Shown one piece after another: positions 35,801-46,313 of a stretch of DNA of 64,000 nucleotides. Position 1 is the first letter of the stretch, and every line of letters starts with the position of its first letter. The DNA is taken from positions 1 to 64,000 of the IMG/VR virus record IMGVR_UViG_3300008448_008004; one strand, written 5' to 3'. The stretch is from a virus. A model generated the notes under the pieces. The model had not been told where the DNA came from, searched no databases, and saw only the letters and a program-made list of their open reading frames with translations. Position numbers and translations under genes: made by a program.

Positions 35801-38800
35801 CCCTATGTTTACACCAAATGATGTTTTTGAAACTCAAATTTTAACAACGGAAGATATTGTTACAGTAGTCGAAGAACATAACTATACTACAATAGAAGAA
35901 GAGGTAGATATAGATGATGATTATATTCCACCAACAGAAACACCACCATGTACTGTTTATCATTATGAAATTGGAGTTAATACTGATTTAAAATATACTG
36001 CATGTACGGGAAATGAAATTACTTTATCATTGTCAGGAGGTAATAAAGGAGACATTTGTGTTCAAAGAGGAACTACACCTCAAATTATTACACCGGACCC
36101 GACAAATACGGTTACACCAACAGGTGATGAATGTACTAGTACGACACCTAATCCAACTCCGACACCATCTCCAACACCAACACCAACACCAACGGAACCA
36201 CCATTAAAAACAACGTTTCCCGATATTGGATTTTATTTTGATAATAATTTCCCCGATGGAACTAATAATAGAGAGGGGGTAACTGTAGATAAGGACTTTA
36301 AACATTGGTATGATTTATATATTGCTTCAGAAAACCAATACGTAAATTTAGGTAAAAGTGGAAGTTATTCGGCAGCATTAAACAAAATTGTTATTTATGG
36401 AGACCCCACATATAAAGATTATACTAATTATGTAACAAACCAATTACCAAATGATGCTAAAATTAAATACCTAGATAGTTTTGTTGACACTAGAAAAGAC
36501 AAAATATCAGAATTTTTTGGGTATATTAAAAAAGAATTTGAAGAAGCAAAAAAATTCATTGAAAAAATTGGACCTCTATTAGACGCTGGTGACACAATTT
36601 CATTTGATTTAGTTGCAAGTGCTTCGGCGGTTAATGATAACGCTTATAATATTAATTTATCTAAGAGAAGATATGACTCCGTTAAAAAATGGATTTATGC
36701 TCAAACTTCACCAAATGGAACTACAATGGAAAAATATGTCCAACAAGGTAAATTAAAAATCAAAGAATCTACAGTTGGTGAGGACACAAGTCTTGTCGAT
36801 GAACCTTATAAATTCATTAAATGTAGTAAAGATTTTCAAGACAGACAAAAAGACGGAACTGTTTCTGTTAACGCTATGGCTTGTAGAAGAACAAAAATTT
36901 CTAACATAGAAAGAACCAAAAACGTTTCTCAAAATGAAAACCCAACAAATACTGAGTCAAGTAACGTAGTAACAAATAATGGTGACCCATCACAAACAAA
37001 CCAACAATTGGCTGGTCAAGATTTTATTATTACAGGTCCTGCAGGTCAAGAAAGTACAGGACAAAGTATAACACAACCTAACTCATCTTCACAATCATTT
37101 GTTTCACAATCACCAGAATCGCAACCATATACCAATAGTATTAATACAAGACCACAAGATGTCCAAACACAAACTTTTGAAAAAAGAAAAGATTTAACAA
37201 AAAGATTAGCAAGAAAACTTTTAACTGAGTGTAACTATTTTGAATATATTCAACAAAATGCCCCGATGATATACGATGGAATAAAATCTAAAATAAAATA
37301 TTTCCAACCGGCATTTCACTCAATAACTCCTGAAGGGCTTAATTCTAGATTAGTTTTCTTACAACAATGTATGAGGCCTGGTGATACCATCCCTACAATT
37401 TCTGAATCAAATGGGGGTCAAGTTAAACTACTTTACAATGACGTATCAAATAGTGCGTTTGGGGCTCCACCAATCTGCGTATTAAGAATTGGTGATTTCT
37501 TTCACACTAAAATAGTAATAGATGGTTTAACCTTAAAATATGATGAAGTACCATTTGATTTAAATCCTGAAGGAATTGGCGTCCAACCAATGATTGCGGA
37601 TGTTACGGTTTCTTTTTCTTTTATTGGTGGACATGGATTGGCGGAACCTGTCGCTAAATTACAAAATGCATTAAGTTTTAACTATTATGGTAATACTGAA
37701 ATGTATGACGAAAGAGCCGAATCCACGTCTCAATTAGATTTAAGTCAATATGATGCACAAATAATATCACAAATAAAAGATGAGTTAAATGTCGTTGACA
37801 CATCAGCCACAAGACCTACGGTAAATGATGGTGGAGTAACCATTGGTGTTACTAAAACTAACACTGTTGATTTAGTAACTTCAGCAACAACCGGAACTAT
37901 CACATATAAAGACATTATGTCAAAGTTAGTGGACTCTACTAAATCATATGTAGAAAAAACAACATCTACTTTAGAAAAAATTAATCAAGAATATTTAATT
38001 GGGGGTCTTCAAATATTCACTAAGGATAGAAAATATACAGACGGGTTTTTCAATAGTTTAGGTGGTGATTTATCAAACACGGCTAACATATTTGGTTATG
38101 CTAGTACAATACAAGATAAATTAAACGATTTAGCAACTAAGACTAAAGAAGATATAGATAACGACTTGTGTCCTTTATTACCTACAGTATATAATCAAAA
38201 TTTGACCGACATACAAATTAAAAAAATTAAAAAACAATTAAAAGATAATATTGATACGAGAAAGAACGAAATGACAAATGCGTTAGAGAATTACTCTAAT
38301 GAAATTTCAACGAATGAATTAGATTTAATTAGTTTAATTGATAAAATTAGTTTTGTTTCTAATGGACATGACGGGTTTATAAAGAAAACCTTCTCAACTG
38401 TTGTTTATAATCTTTCAGGAACAACAAAGGTTACCCAACCAACATTACCTAATGTTGTGGACACACTACAAGAATTGGTTTTAGATTCATATTTAGTAAA
38501 AGATGATATGAATACATATTATCAAAAACTTTCTGAGTTCTCTTTAATTCCTACAGGTGATGATGTTTATAGTAGTAATTATACTCAGAACACTTATTTA
38601 CCTGAAAACAAACCTGGAGACACTAGATTTTTTATGTTATTTGGTAAACCTATTATTGATAACCCTGATAAATTTGTAGATGACTTAATTAACAAAGCAA
38701 TACCAAACGCTAACCAACAGGACAAAGATGATTGGTTTTTATATTTAATGAATAATGTGAAAAATCCAAATAAAGGATTGCAAAATGCTTATTTAGCTTC

Positions 38801-39017
38801 TATGGTTGAAGTTAATAATAAAATTGAAAAATTCAGAACAGAATACTTTAATTCTACATTTACCAATTATTTACCTTATAATAAAGATAAAGAAAGGTTA
38901 ATGTGGTATCAATCACAAGTACCGGCTAACTCAAATGATAGTAGAGATTTGTCAAATTTATACAAATCAATTAATAGTGGAGGAGATAAATTTAATTTGA
39001 AAAAAAAGTTTAAATAA
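32898..39017 (+). CDS. Giant baseplate/tube-initiator-like protein with N-terminal repeats and an inserted OmpA-like domain (2039 aa)
   Basis: FPPYGLSFDE..STGW....FLGRTEPIYTY..TSR..NLSF and PPICVLRIGDF..TKIVI.GL.L.Y halves; ASAS....YNINLSKRR..SV..W...RR (OmpA-like); follows the tape measure gene. Confidence 0.6.
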   Translation: MESPLSFNSSENFRKKLLVRNLPPYKVDNAFSNNSKPGSSEFTINDLTPIDSPSVEQIGNQQEKVLLPINQYGPQNNQGDFGNMVPINNNLNYKSNEGVYGYPDSIGSDLEVIGNNTEKQLIIKNVYRPQNGLADFGSTAWYINNDKVINTIGEGEYTIQDTVGGNLETTANLDRPVLITNNQYGPQLLTNTEVPINNNYQTNPNEGEYGFPDTFGSQLETVGDTDRPVLFAINQYGPDNIPTNEVQINQNLQTNSNEGEYGFPDTVNSELQLIGEDERTPSFLQNPYGPEQGQSVFEVDPYRKLKNLIIPQGNYLDATDTFGSELELEAGIKETEAYIGNTYATGTGEYDPTLFRYLQTKGLQLPYANSDNTFIFLPSTYTPYSILISDNPSGSDGTLSEDSSLAGIGAKQLNKEFKHRVALELYQQTLGQINLFSGNVNPETGEISANPNTDPFNAIGLLTGNVPIIARKYNITTPDFLFGQGINFAAKLAGLYSPYSYIPGEYFDYPNSVGNGPYQNPLSLIGGALGSLFSALQPANQSSSELLVEYTSVATRKLLYDQLRYNIYRPNYKIGNNLLAPPGSFYVGDRKNHLTELVSPAPFLPYGRDGKTSAMGPVLSYSDMGKLYETSQLDDTQFGINSRNLYSAGATRDGVKWIGSNISGGLTWIGSKSPDQLNCPLPGKLVGRGNQEFEDNSEFNFNNLSGFDSTKSTNNNFTPGSILDVTQKLIDAGERSSSREHVGKAINQVSKVFNDGYQEITKGSRVVRYTTKNSTGGGDIKGLEYCRIFTKDRPYYTYDELQKTDGNIRKYTDSVLDNTWNLNIAPVDGYSVKDGKVKKYMFSLENLAWRTSNKKGFTYEDLPACEKGPNGGRIMWFPPYGLSFDEQISTGWNENTFLGRTEPIYTYTNTSRKGNLSFKVIVDHPSILNLIVDKELENVGNNGEITQIVDSFFAGCTKYDLWDLTTKFPMFTPNDVFETQILTTEDIVTVVEEHNYTTIEEEVDIDDDYIPPTETPPCTVYHYEIGVNTDLKYTACTGNEITLSLSGGNKGDICVQRGTTPQIITPDPTNTVTPTGDECTSTTPNPTPTPSPTPTPTPTEPPLKTTFPDIGFYFDNNFPDGTNNREGVTVDKDFKHWYDLYIASENQYVNLGKSGSYSAALNKIVIYGDPTYKDYTNYVTNQLPNDAKIKYLDSFVDTRKDKISEFFGYIKKEFEEAKKFIEKIGPLLDAGDTISFDLVASASAVNDNAYNINLSKRRYDSVKKWIYAQTSPNGTTMEKYVQQGKLKIKESTVGEDTSLVDEPYKFIKCSKDFQDRQKDGTVSVNAMACRRTKISNIERTKNVSQNENPTNTESSNVVTNNGDPSQTNQQLAGQDFIITGPAGQESTGQSITQPNSSSQSFVSQSPESQPYTNSINTRPQDVQTQTFEKRKDLTKRLARKLLTECNYFEYIQQNAPMIYDGIKSKIKYFQPAFHSITPEGLNSRLVFLQQCMRPGDTIPTISESNGGQVKLLYNDVSNSAFGAPPICVLRIGDFFHTKIVIDGLTLKYDEVPFDLNPEGIGVQPMIADVTVSFSFIGGHGLAEPVAKLQNALSFNYYGNTEMYDERAESTSQLDLSQYDAQIISQIKDELNVVDTSATRPTVNDGGVTIGVTKTNTVDLVTSATTGTITYKDIMSKLVDSTKSYVEKTTSTLEKINQEYLIGGLQIFTKDRKYTDGFFNSLGGDLSNTANIFGYASTIQDKLNDLATKTKEDIDNDLCPLLPTVYNQNLTDIQIKKIKKQLKDNIDTRKNEMTNALENYSNEISTNELDLISLIDKISFVSNGHDGFIKKTFSTVVYNLSGTTKVTQPTLPNVVDTLQELVLDSYLVKDDMNTYYQKLSEFSLIPTGDDVYSSNYTQNTYLPENKPGDTRFFMLFGKPIIDNPDKFVDDLINKAIPNANQQDKDDWFLYLMNNVKNPNKGLQNAYLASMVEVNNKIEKFRTEYFNSTFTNYLPYNKDKERLMWYQSQVPANSNDSRDLSNLYKSINSGGDKFNLKKKFK
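33075..33940 (+). repeat. About 5-6 degenerate ~52-57-aa repeats in the protein N-terminus
   Basis: Recurring R/K.VL..NQYGP....V.IN.N.Q.N.NEGEYGFPDT.GS.LE..G. Confidence 0.8.
36141..36203 (+). repeat. Pro-Thr linker repeat
   Basis: TTPNPTPTPSPTPTPTPTEPP, encoded by ACACCA repeats. Confidence 0.85.
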
Positions 39018-39334
39018 TGGACTACTATAACAGATATAAGGATTTTTTAATTAATGGGAAGCAAACTGTTGTTCCATTTTTAACTATTCCATCTAGAGTT
39101 ACCGACCAACAGTATCTTTATAGGTCAGGTCAAAGTCGATTAGATAAAATTAGTTTTGAAAAATATGGAACACCTTATTTCGGATGGTTAATACTTGCTG
39201 CTAACCCAATGTATGGCGGATTAGAACAAAACATACCAGATGGAACTATTTTAATAATCCCATACCCATTAACCGCAGCACTTCAAGACTACAAATCTTC
39301 ATTAGATACACATATATTCTATTATGGCCGTTAG
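39017..39334 (+). CDS. LysM-like baseplate wedge protein (gp53/tail-X-like)
   Basis: RLDKISFEKYGTPYFGWLILAANP......IPDGTILIIP. Confidence 0.8.
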   Translation: MDYYNRYKDFLINGKQTVVPFLTIPSRVTDQQYLYRSGQSRLDKISFEKYGTPYFGWLILAANPMYGGLEQNIPDGTILIIPYPLTAALQDYKSSLDTHIFYYGR

Positions 39335-42300
39335 ACAAAAACAAAATAAAAAAATTTACATTGAGACAGAATACGATAATATCGTTATTGTAAACCCAAA
39401 CGAAGTTTTTACTCCTGATGGTAACAAAGAAGAACGCTTAGTTGACCACGAAGATTTGGTTTATTATGCAAATTTAGAAACATTTATTATACCTAGAACA
39501 AAATTGGCGATAGGACAAAGTTTTACTGACCCTGTTTTTAATACAACAATTGCCACAATTTTTAAGGGCGATGATGCCCTTAAAGTTAATTTTTTAAAAC
39601 CAAAGGGTAAAACTGAATTTGATACTAGTTGGTCTAATCAATTAACAGGTGAAGGCTCAAGACAACAAATGGGAGCCAATCAAACATCTGAAAGGGTTGT
39701 TAGTAATGAAGGAAGACAATCATTTCAAAGGAGCGTAAAAAATAATGAAGATACACAATTATTAGGTATTAAATCTATTAGAGTTAATATTAAAGGAACT
39801 GGAGTTCCTGAGGTTGCGATTGAAATGGTTGACATACAAGGTAGGTCTTTATTTGAACAGGGTGAGAATTCATTGTATTCTGCATTTTTTAACTTTCCAT
39901 ATCCATTATTTTATTTAACCCTTAAAGGTTATTATGGTAAGGCGGTCAGATATAGACTATCTTTAATGTCTTTTAATGCTTCTTTTGATGCTGATACTGG
40001 TAATTATAATATTTCACTAAAATTAATTGGTAAGTTCACCGCACTTTTATTTGACACACCATTGTCTTACGCGATAACTGCACCAAAAATGTATAATACA
40101 CAGATAACCGTAACAGAGCCAAACGGTAACAAAAGTTATTTCAATACATATAAGGGAAGACAAAAACTAAAAGAAGTCTACGATATATACAAAAGAAAAG
40201 GATTAATTTCTTCAGACTTTCCGGTTTTATCTATAGAAGATTTTGTACATAGGGTAGAAAATTACAAAACAGGTTTAAAGGCCGACTTAACTAAACAAGA
40301 AGATTTTACAAAATTAAATGATTTACAAGATTTTGCAGACAATTTAAATAAATTAAAAACTGAAGTATTTGAATATGCAATTAATAATTACTTAGATAGA
40401 AGTAGTTACTACATTGTCGGACAAGAAATTTATTACCCATTTAAAAAAGAAATCACATTTGAATCAAGAGAACTTTTTAAAACAAAAATTAAAGATAGAA
40501 TACAAAAATATGTTTCATACTTAAAAGAAAATGCGACATTTGGGGAAGGAAAAAGTGCCGAATACCAAATCAACATTACTGTAAAAAATGAAAAAGACGT
40601 ATTAAGAAAGTTAGATTTTAAAACTTGGTCGGACAATCAAGAAAATGTTAGAAACACTTATCAATCAAGGTATAACAAACCGTTAACATCAACAGACACT
40701 GAAGGTTATGAAAAGTTTGTCAGAGATGAAACTTTAACTGCCGTTTTAGATACTAAAGTGCAAAATGAAAATGGTGATTGGATTGAAGATAAACCCGATT
40801 ACTTTGTTTTTGGTGATAAAATTATTTCAGACGGAACTTTTATAAAAAATTCATATTTAGACAAACTGGATGGCATGACAACTAGTTTAGAGGCTAAACA
40901 AAAAATCATTGAAGATAGATTAACTAAATTTTATGCTGAACAACAATTAAAACAACCCACAAAGGGAGGTGGTGGATTAGGGTTTAAACCAACAATAAGA
41001 AATATTTTTGCGGTAATAATGGCAGGTGCTGATGCCTTTTACAGATTAATGGAAGATAATCATCAGGAGGCTTGGAATGTTAGAACTGAAAAAGATAGGT
41101 TATTGGCAGTTATACCTGCAGAAAAAAACTTTTCAGTAGACGCTTTAAAGAGTATACAAAAATCTAGTGGTGAATTAAATGATGACAATGTTGTTTACCC
41201 ATGGCCTTTATATTTTACTTTAGAAAAACAAGAAAGTGGTTCTGACCTGTATACTATACAGTATCCTGGAGATGCAAAATACATTAGACAAACTAAAGCG
41301 TACGATTATAGAATTTGGCCTGAGGTTGGGTTTACAGAAGCCTTTATTAAGGCGTCTTTAGAAAAAGAAAGACCCGAATCAAATTATTCATATGATAACC
41401 CAACAGATGTTACAAAATACGTATCTTGTGGAGCGTTAGAGTTCCCTTTCAAAACCGCACCTTATCAAGATTTAAATGCGATTAAAATATTTTATGAAAT
41501 TTTTGAAAGAACTTATTTAAGCTCACATTACGGAAATTTACCTAATAATGTTGCAACAAAAAATCAGATAGATAAATTTTATGGTGATATAGAAAGTTTA
41601 AATTTAAGTTTAATTGCACCTGAAGATATTACTTTAAATCAAACCCTTAGGAATTCAAAATTCAACATGCAAAAACTTGTTGAATATATGAAAGTAATAT
41701 CTAACAATGGGCAGGGACAAAGTTGGCAAACATATATTAGGGATATTTTTACAACCGAGTATATACAAAATTTATTAAAAACTATTAATGAAATCTATTC
41801 AATTGACACAATAGAAAGTAGTTCCACACAAGTTTCCGCGGATTTACCTTTGATAAAAAATATGGGTGAGTTTTTAAATGATAGTGCGACTTCTCAAAAA
41901 AATAGATTGGACACATACCCATTTACTGATGTTAAGTGGTTAAAAAATAATATGTCTAATGGTAATAAAATTGAAAAATATGAAGACTTTAATAATACAA
42001 CTAATAGTTTTGTTTTTTTAGAAAATAAAAAAACAATTGCAAGAACTACAAGTAAAAATAATTACAACAATTTAAAACTTTTTACAAGTCAAACTGTTTT
42101 TGAAAATCAAAACCAACAAAAGTTTACAAACTCCAGTAATCCCGAACAAGTCATAAATTCACAATTGGCTCTCAAAAATTATTTTGAAAATAGAAAACAA
42201 AAAGATTTATATCTTACAGAATCTTACATTGATTATGGTTCTAGTTATAGCGGTAATTTAGGAACATTTATACAAACAACATCATTATTAAACACACCAT

Positions 42301-45300
42301 ATTTTGTAAATGCATTGACTGAAGGGGTAAAAAAACAAAAAAGTAAAAAATCAAACCCATATGCTGCTCTTGGATATTTGTTTCTTAATTCATTACCACT
42401 TATAACAACAAAGGAAAAAATAAAAAATTTCAACGGAGTTGTTGCTACTGATTTAGATTACTTAGCCGCAACCTTCAACAAATTTTCTTCAATACACCAA
42501 GTTCCATATGCTTGGGTATTAAAATACGGCTCAATTTGGCATAGATATAAAAACTATGTTAATAACAAAATTGATATTTTAGATGATGTATGGAAAGATT
42601 TTGATTATGCAAAATCATATGACCCTGTTAGTGGTAATTCTTATACAAATTATACTATTCTTGATTATAGTGGAAATCCAAAACAAATATCATTACAAAG
42701 AGTAGAACTTTTGGGGGCATTCCCAAATTTCACACAAAGAACCGATATTTTTAATACGGGATTTTATCCACAAGTGGTTAATTCTGTTGAGTACTATCTA
42801 AACGGGAAAGATTTATTTACAGGATATACTGCAAATGATTTTTCAAACGCATATAAAAAGAAAGGGTTTAGAATTGGTTTTACAAGTAAATCATCAAGTA
42901 GTTTTCCAAAAGGGTTTGACCAACAAAACAATATAAGGACACTAATAAAAACAAATGCATATGTATATAGAGTCGATAGTGGTGATACAAAAACACCTGG
43001 TAAAAAAATAATAATGTACCCATCCATGGGTGCCGTTCCGTTTGACCAAGCAATTTTTGAATGTTTTAACGATACTAATGAAATAACAAAAGATATCTAT
43101 GATAACAAATCAATGTTTAATGGGACTGTAAGAACACTTTGGGGGGCATCACATTTTGGTTATTTTGATAATTCTTTAATAAAAAAACCAAAACCTACTG
43201 AATATCTAAAAGTAATCAAAACAAATACCGATTCACAAAATGATTTTGATATTACAAATAACCAATCAACATATTCTTTGATTGAGGAAATTTTTAATTT
43301 ATTTGATGTTGATTTATTAGATAAGATGGAGGCTAAGTTTTTAACGTTTTGTAACCCAACACCATCGGCAAATGATTTGATATTAAATAGTGAAAACATC
43401 AAAACATCTTACACAAGTAGTGGAGGATTAACAAATGCAAATTTAAAATTATTAAAAAGTCAAATAAGTGGTTTATTCACCTATAGAACCATGTTTTTTG
43501 ATGGTACAAATGAAGAAAACGATGGTAACATGTTAATTGATGACCAATTACAAACAATGTATACAACACTTAAAGAGTTTTTAAACTTTGATTGTGTTAT
43601 AAAAATTGGTAACCCAACACAATTTGATAGAAAATTATTTGACTCATTCAGTAACCTGACTCAAATGCAAACTGTGGACAAATTAACTTTTGATAGTTAT
43701 ATCGCCAATAATTTACCAGGGGACGGAACTCCAATTACTTTGACACAAAGTTTAGCTAAAAATTCTGAAGCTTGGAAAGCGCTTAGAAAATATGTTGGAT
43801 TTTCATCTATCAATGGGATTGATTATCAAAATCAAGTTGATAGTGCGTTTCCTTCAGTTAGTGGTATTACAACCGCAGCAACACAATCAGTACAAGTACA
43901 ATTTATTGGAGATTACTCAACTCAATTTCCGGCAAATTCAGGAACTACAGATATTATTAACGTCCAAAAAACAGATGGTACTTATCAAGTTTTTAGAATT
44001 ATAGGTGAAGCAAATCCACAAGATATCAAAACCAAACTTCAAAATATTAAATTCTATCAACCATACTCAAATATTGAAGACAGTTCAAATACGGTTCCCT
44101 CAACCACAGAAAATGATTTTACAACAAATTATCAGTACGTTTCAACAATACAGGACATTGCGCCTGGAGATTACCAAATGGTTATTACGTATATACCAAA
44201 CTTACTTCAATTAACTCCGATAAAATTAATAGCCGCGGTCTCAACATTTCCTGGAATTCAAACGACAAATCCTTTTATTACAACACCATTCTCATTTCCA
44301 CAACCATTTCCTAATACCGAAAAGTCATTTGTTTCTGATTTCTTTTTTGATAACAATATAAAATTTACAAAAGAAAATATTGAAACACTTTACCCATTAA
44401 TAAGATTATATTCAGAATTAAAACGAGAAGATAAAACTTTTGATAAAAACAAATTTACAACTTATATTAATGACTTTCTTTTAGACAGGTATGATTTACA
44501 AAATAAGATGGTAAATGAAACTTTTAGTAATTTAAATAAAATATTAAAAAATATTGAGGTTGATTTAGGTTTACCTAAAACTGCAATGAATGGAGATACA
44601 ACAAAATTATCAACATATAATACATTAAAAGGTTTTAATGATAAATGGATTGCGGGTTCTGATTTAAAAACAAATACATTATTTGAGGATTTCTTATTTA
44701 TGGATAGAGCAAATAGTGATTTAGGAGATAGTTTTGTTTTAGATGTTGAAAAAGTGGTAAGTAGATTATCCATAGACACTAATCAAAATCAAAGTTTAAT
44801 GTCATTGGTTAGTTCAATTTTGGAAGATAATTTTTTTATTTTTATGGCAATGCCCGCTTACATTAATTTTTATGGAATCCAACAAGCCGCAAAAAAACCA
44901 GAGGCGTTAAGGGATAGTGAAATTGGTAATAGTTTATTTGGGACTTATTTAGAAGTGGATTATACCAAATCAAGTCCAAAATTTTTATGTCTATATATTG
45001 GTAACCCTTCAGAATATCCTAAACCAAAAGAAAACACTTTTAATAGATTTGGTGACGATAGTTTTGATTTAAGAGTTCCTGATAATCCAGTAAGAAGGTC
45101 AGACCCAAATACAAATTACTCACTAAGTAATCGTGTTGTTGGATTTGCGGTAGATTTTGGAATTAGAAACCAAAACATATTTAAAAGTTTGAGTTTAGAC
45201 ATGTCAGAAATGAAAAATACTTCAGAGTCATTTAAAGTTTACGCTGATATGGGTAGCTCAGTTGCAGGGGATAAAGTTGGTCAACAATCACAATCATTAT

Positions 45301-46289
45301 ATAGTATATATAAATCTAGGTCATATGCTTGTGGGGTAACATCTATGGGTAATGCCATGATACAACCAACTATGTATTTTATTTTAAGACACGTTCCTAT
45401 GTTTTATGGACCTTATTGGATTACAGAAGTAAACCATAATGTGACAGAAAGAGGTTTTGATACTGATTTTAAAGGAACAAGAATTCCTAAATATGCATTA
45501 CCACAAGTTGATAATTTATTGGCGTCAGTTAATAAAGATGTTATAAGTAAAATTAAAGAAATTGCGGCAAAAGATAAAAAACCAAAAACACAACAAAGAT
45601 TAGATGAGGAAAAATTGTTAAGTGAAAATCCAACAATAAATACTTTAGCGGGAAATGATTCAGATTGTAAAGATAATATCCCAACACCATATATAAATAT
45701 ACCTTTTGAAGACCTCACACAAACAACTTTTACTACAGAAGACATTTATCCTTTAATAAAACAAGCAACAACTGACACTAATATGAGGGCACTTATTTGG
45801 GGTATTGCTCAAATTATGACTGGTACTACATTAAATAATGACGTTTATAATTGTATTAATAATAATCCATTCGAGATTAACACTGAGAGCTCATGGCCTG
45901 GAAATTTAAATTCATATATTAAAAAACAATCATGCGTTAAAATTGCCAACAATTCATTAAGATTAGTAAAATTTGATAATCTTTCAGAATCAATTGCATT
46001 TATGGCTTCTTTTATGAATGAAGTTGTAAAAAATAATGTCGAACCACTTAAAACGTTAAATGTTGATACAGATATAAATAAAAGTTACGGTAAAGCTTTA
46101 TTCCAAATAGCTTATACTACGTGGTTAACACCATTGGCGTTTACCAATTCATTAAATTCTGAAGGAATTAAAGATACCACTGTAAATGATTTTTCAGAAC
46201 CAAATGGAGACTATAGTGTGAACACTTATAACCTTTTTGTTAGCGTATTTACTAATGCTTATGAATATTTTAAACAAAACCCAAATTAA
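39324..46289 (+). CDS. Giant baseplate hub protein (gp27/gpD-like ends with very large insertions, 2321 aa)
   Basis: N: LGIKSI.V......VP.V.IEMVD; C: SY.C.V..MGNA.IQP..YF.L...PMF.G.YWITEV.H.....GF.T.FKG.R; follows the LysM wedge gene. Confidence 0.6.
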   Translation: MAVRQKQNKKIYIETEYDNIVIVNPNEVFTPDGNKEERLVDHEDLVYYANLETFIIPRTKLAIGQSFTDPVFNTTIATIFKGDDALKVNFLKPKGKTEFDTSWSNQLTGEGSRQQMGANQTSERVVSNEGRQSFQRSVKNNEDTQLLGIKSIRVNIKGTGVPEVAIEMVDIQGRSLFEQGENSLYSAFFNFPYPLFYLTLKGYYGKAVRYRLSLMSFNASFDADTGNYNISLKLIGKFTALLFDTPLSYAITAPKMYNTQITVTEPNGNKSYFNTYKGRQKLKEVYDIYKRKGLISSDFPVLSIEDFVHRVENYKTGLKADLTKQEDFTKLNDLQDFADNLNKLKTEVFEYAINNYLDRSSYYIVGQEIYYPFKKEITFESRELFKTKIKDRIQKYVSYLKENATFGEGKSAEYQINITVKNEKDVLRKLDFKTWSDNQENVRNTYQSRYNKPLTSTDTEGYEKFVRDETLTAVLDTKVQNENGDWIEDKPDYFVFGDKIISDGTFIKNSYLDKLDGMTTSLEAKQKIIEDRLTKFYAEQQLKQPTKGGGGLGFKPTIRNIFAVIMAGADAFYRLMEDNHQEAWNVRTEKDRLLAVIPAEKNFSVDALKSIQKSSGELNDDNVVYPWPLYFTLEKQESGSDLYTIQYPGDAKYIRQTKAYDYRIWPEVGFTEAFIKASLEKERPESNYSYDNPTDVTKYVSCGALEFPFKTAPYQDLNAIKIFYEIFERTYLSSHYGNLPNNVATKNQIDKFYGDIESLNLSLIAPEDITLNQTLRNSKFNMQKLVEYMKVISNNGQGQSWQTYIRDIFTTEYIQNLLKTINEIYSIDTIESSSTQVSADLPLIKNMGEFLNDSATSQKNRLDTYPFTDVKWLKNNMSNGNKIEKYEDFNNTTNSFVFLENKKTIARTTSKNNYNNLKLFTSQTVFENQNQQKFTNSSNPEQVINSQLALKNYFENRKQKDLYLTESYIDYGSSYSGNLGTFIQTTSLLNTPYFVNALTEGVKKQKSKKSNPYAALGYLFLNSLPLITTKEKIKNFNGVVATDLDYLAATFNKFSSIHQVPYAWVLKYGSIWHRYKNYVNNKIDILDDVWKDFDYAKSYDPVSGNSYTNYTILDYSGNPKQISLQRVELLGAFPNFTQRTDIFNTGFYPQVVNSVEYYLNGKDLFTGYTANDFSNAYKKKGFRIGFTSKSSSSFPKGFDQQNNIRTLIKTNAYVYRVDSGDTKTPGKKIIMYPSMGAVPFDQAIFECFNDTNEITKDIYDNKSMFNGTVRTLWGASHFGYFDNSLIKKPKPTEYLKVIKTNTDSQNDFDITNNQSTYSLIEEIFNLFDVDLLDKMEAKFLTFCNPTPSANDLILNSENIKTSYTSSGGLTNANLKLLKSQISGLFTYRTMFFDGTNEENDGNMLIDDQLQTMYTTLKEFLNFDCVIKIGNPTQFDRKLFDSFSNLTQMQTVDKLTFDSYIANNLPGDGTPITLTQSLAKNSEAWKALRKYVGFSSINGIDYQNQVDSAFPSVSGITTAATQSVQVQFIGDYSTQFPANSGTTDIINVQKTDGTYQVFRIIGEANPQDIKTKLQNIKFYQPYSNIEDSSNTVPSTTENDFTTNYQYVSTIQDIAPGDYQMVITYIPNLLQLTPIKLIAAVSTFPGIQTTNPFITTPFSFPQPFPNTEKSFVSDFFFDNNIKFTKENIETLYPLIRLYSELKREDKTFDKNKFTTYINDFLLDRYDLQNKMVNETFSNLNKILKNIEVDLGLPKTAMNGDTTKLSTYNTLKGFNDKWIAGSDLKTNTLFEDFLFMDRANSDLGDSFVLDVEKVVSRLSIDTNQNQSLMSLVSSILEDNFFIFMAMPAYINFYGIQQAAKKPEALRDSEIGNSLFGTYLEVDYTKSSPKFLCLYIGNPSEYPKPKENTFNRFGDDSFDLRVPDNPVRRSDPNTNYSLSNRVVGFAVDFGIRNQNIFKSLSLDMSEMKNTSESFKVYADMGSSVAGDKVGQQSQSLYSIYKSRSYACGVTSMGNAMIQPTMYFILRHVPMFYGPYWITEVNHNVTERGFDTDFKGTRIPKYALPQVDNLLASVNKDVISKIKEIAAKDKKPKTQQRLDEEKLLSENPTINTLAGNDSDCKDNIPTPYINIPFEDLTQTTFTTEDIYPLIKQATTDTNMRALIWGIAQIMTGTTLNNDVYNCINNNPFEINTESSWPGNLNSYIKKQSCVKIANNSLRLVKFDNLSESIAFMASFMNEVVKNNVEPLKTLNVDTDINKSYGKALFQIAYTTWLTPLAFTNSLNSEGIKDTTVNDFSEPNGDYSVNTYNLFVSVFTNAYEYFKQNPN

Positions 46290-46313
46290 GATATATTTAT
46301 ATAATAAAATGCT

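Noticed and set aside
23344-46289. Bacterial contractile injection system (eCIS/tailocin) rather than a phage
   Set aside because: The tail genes are interleaved with neck genes and a phage replication set, and no cellular housekeeping genes are present.
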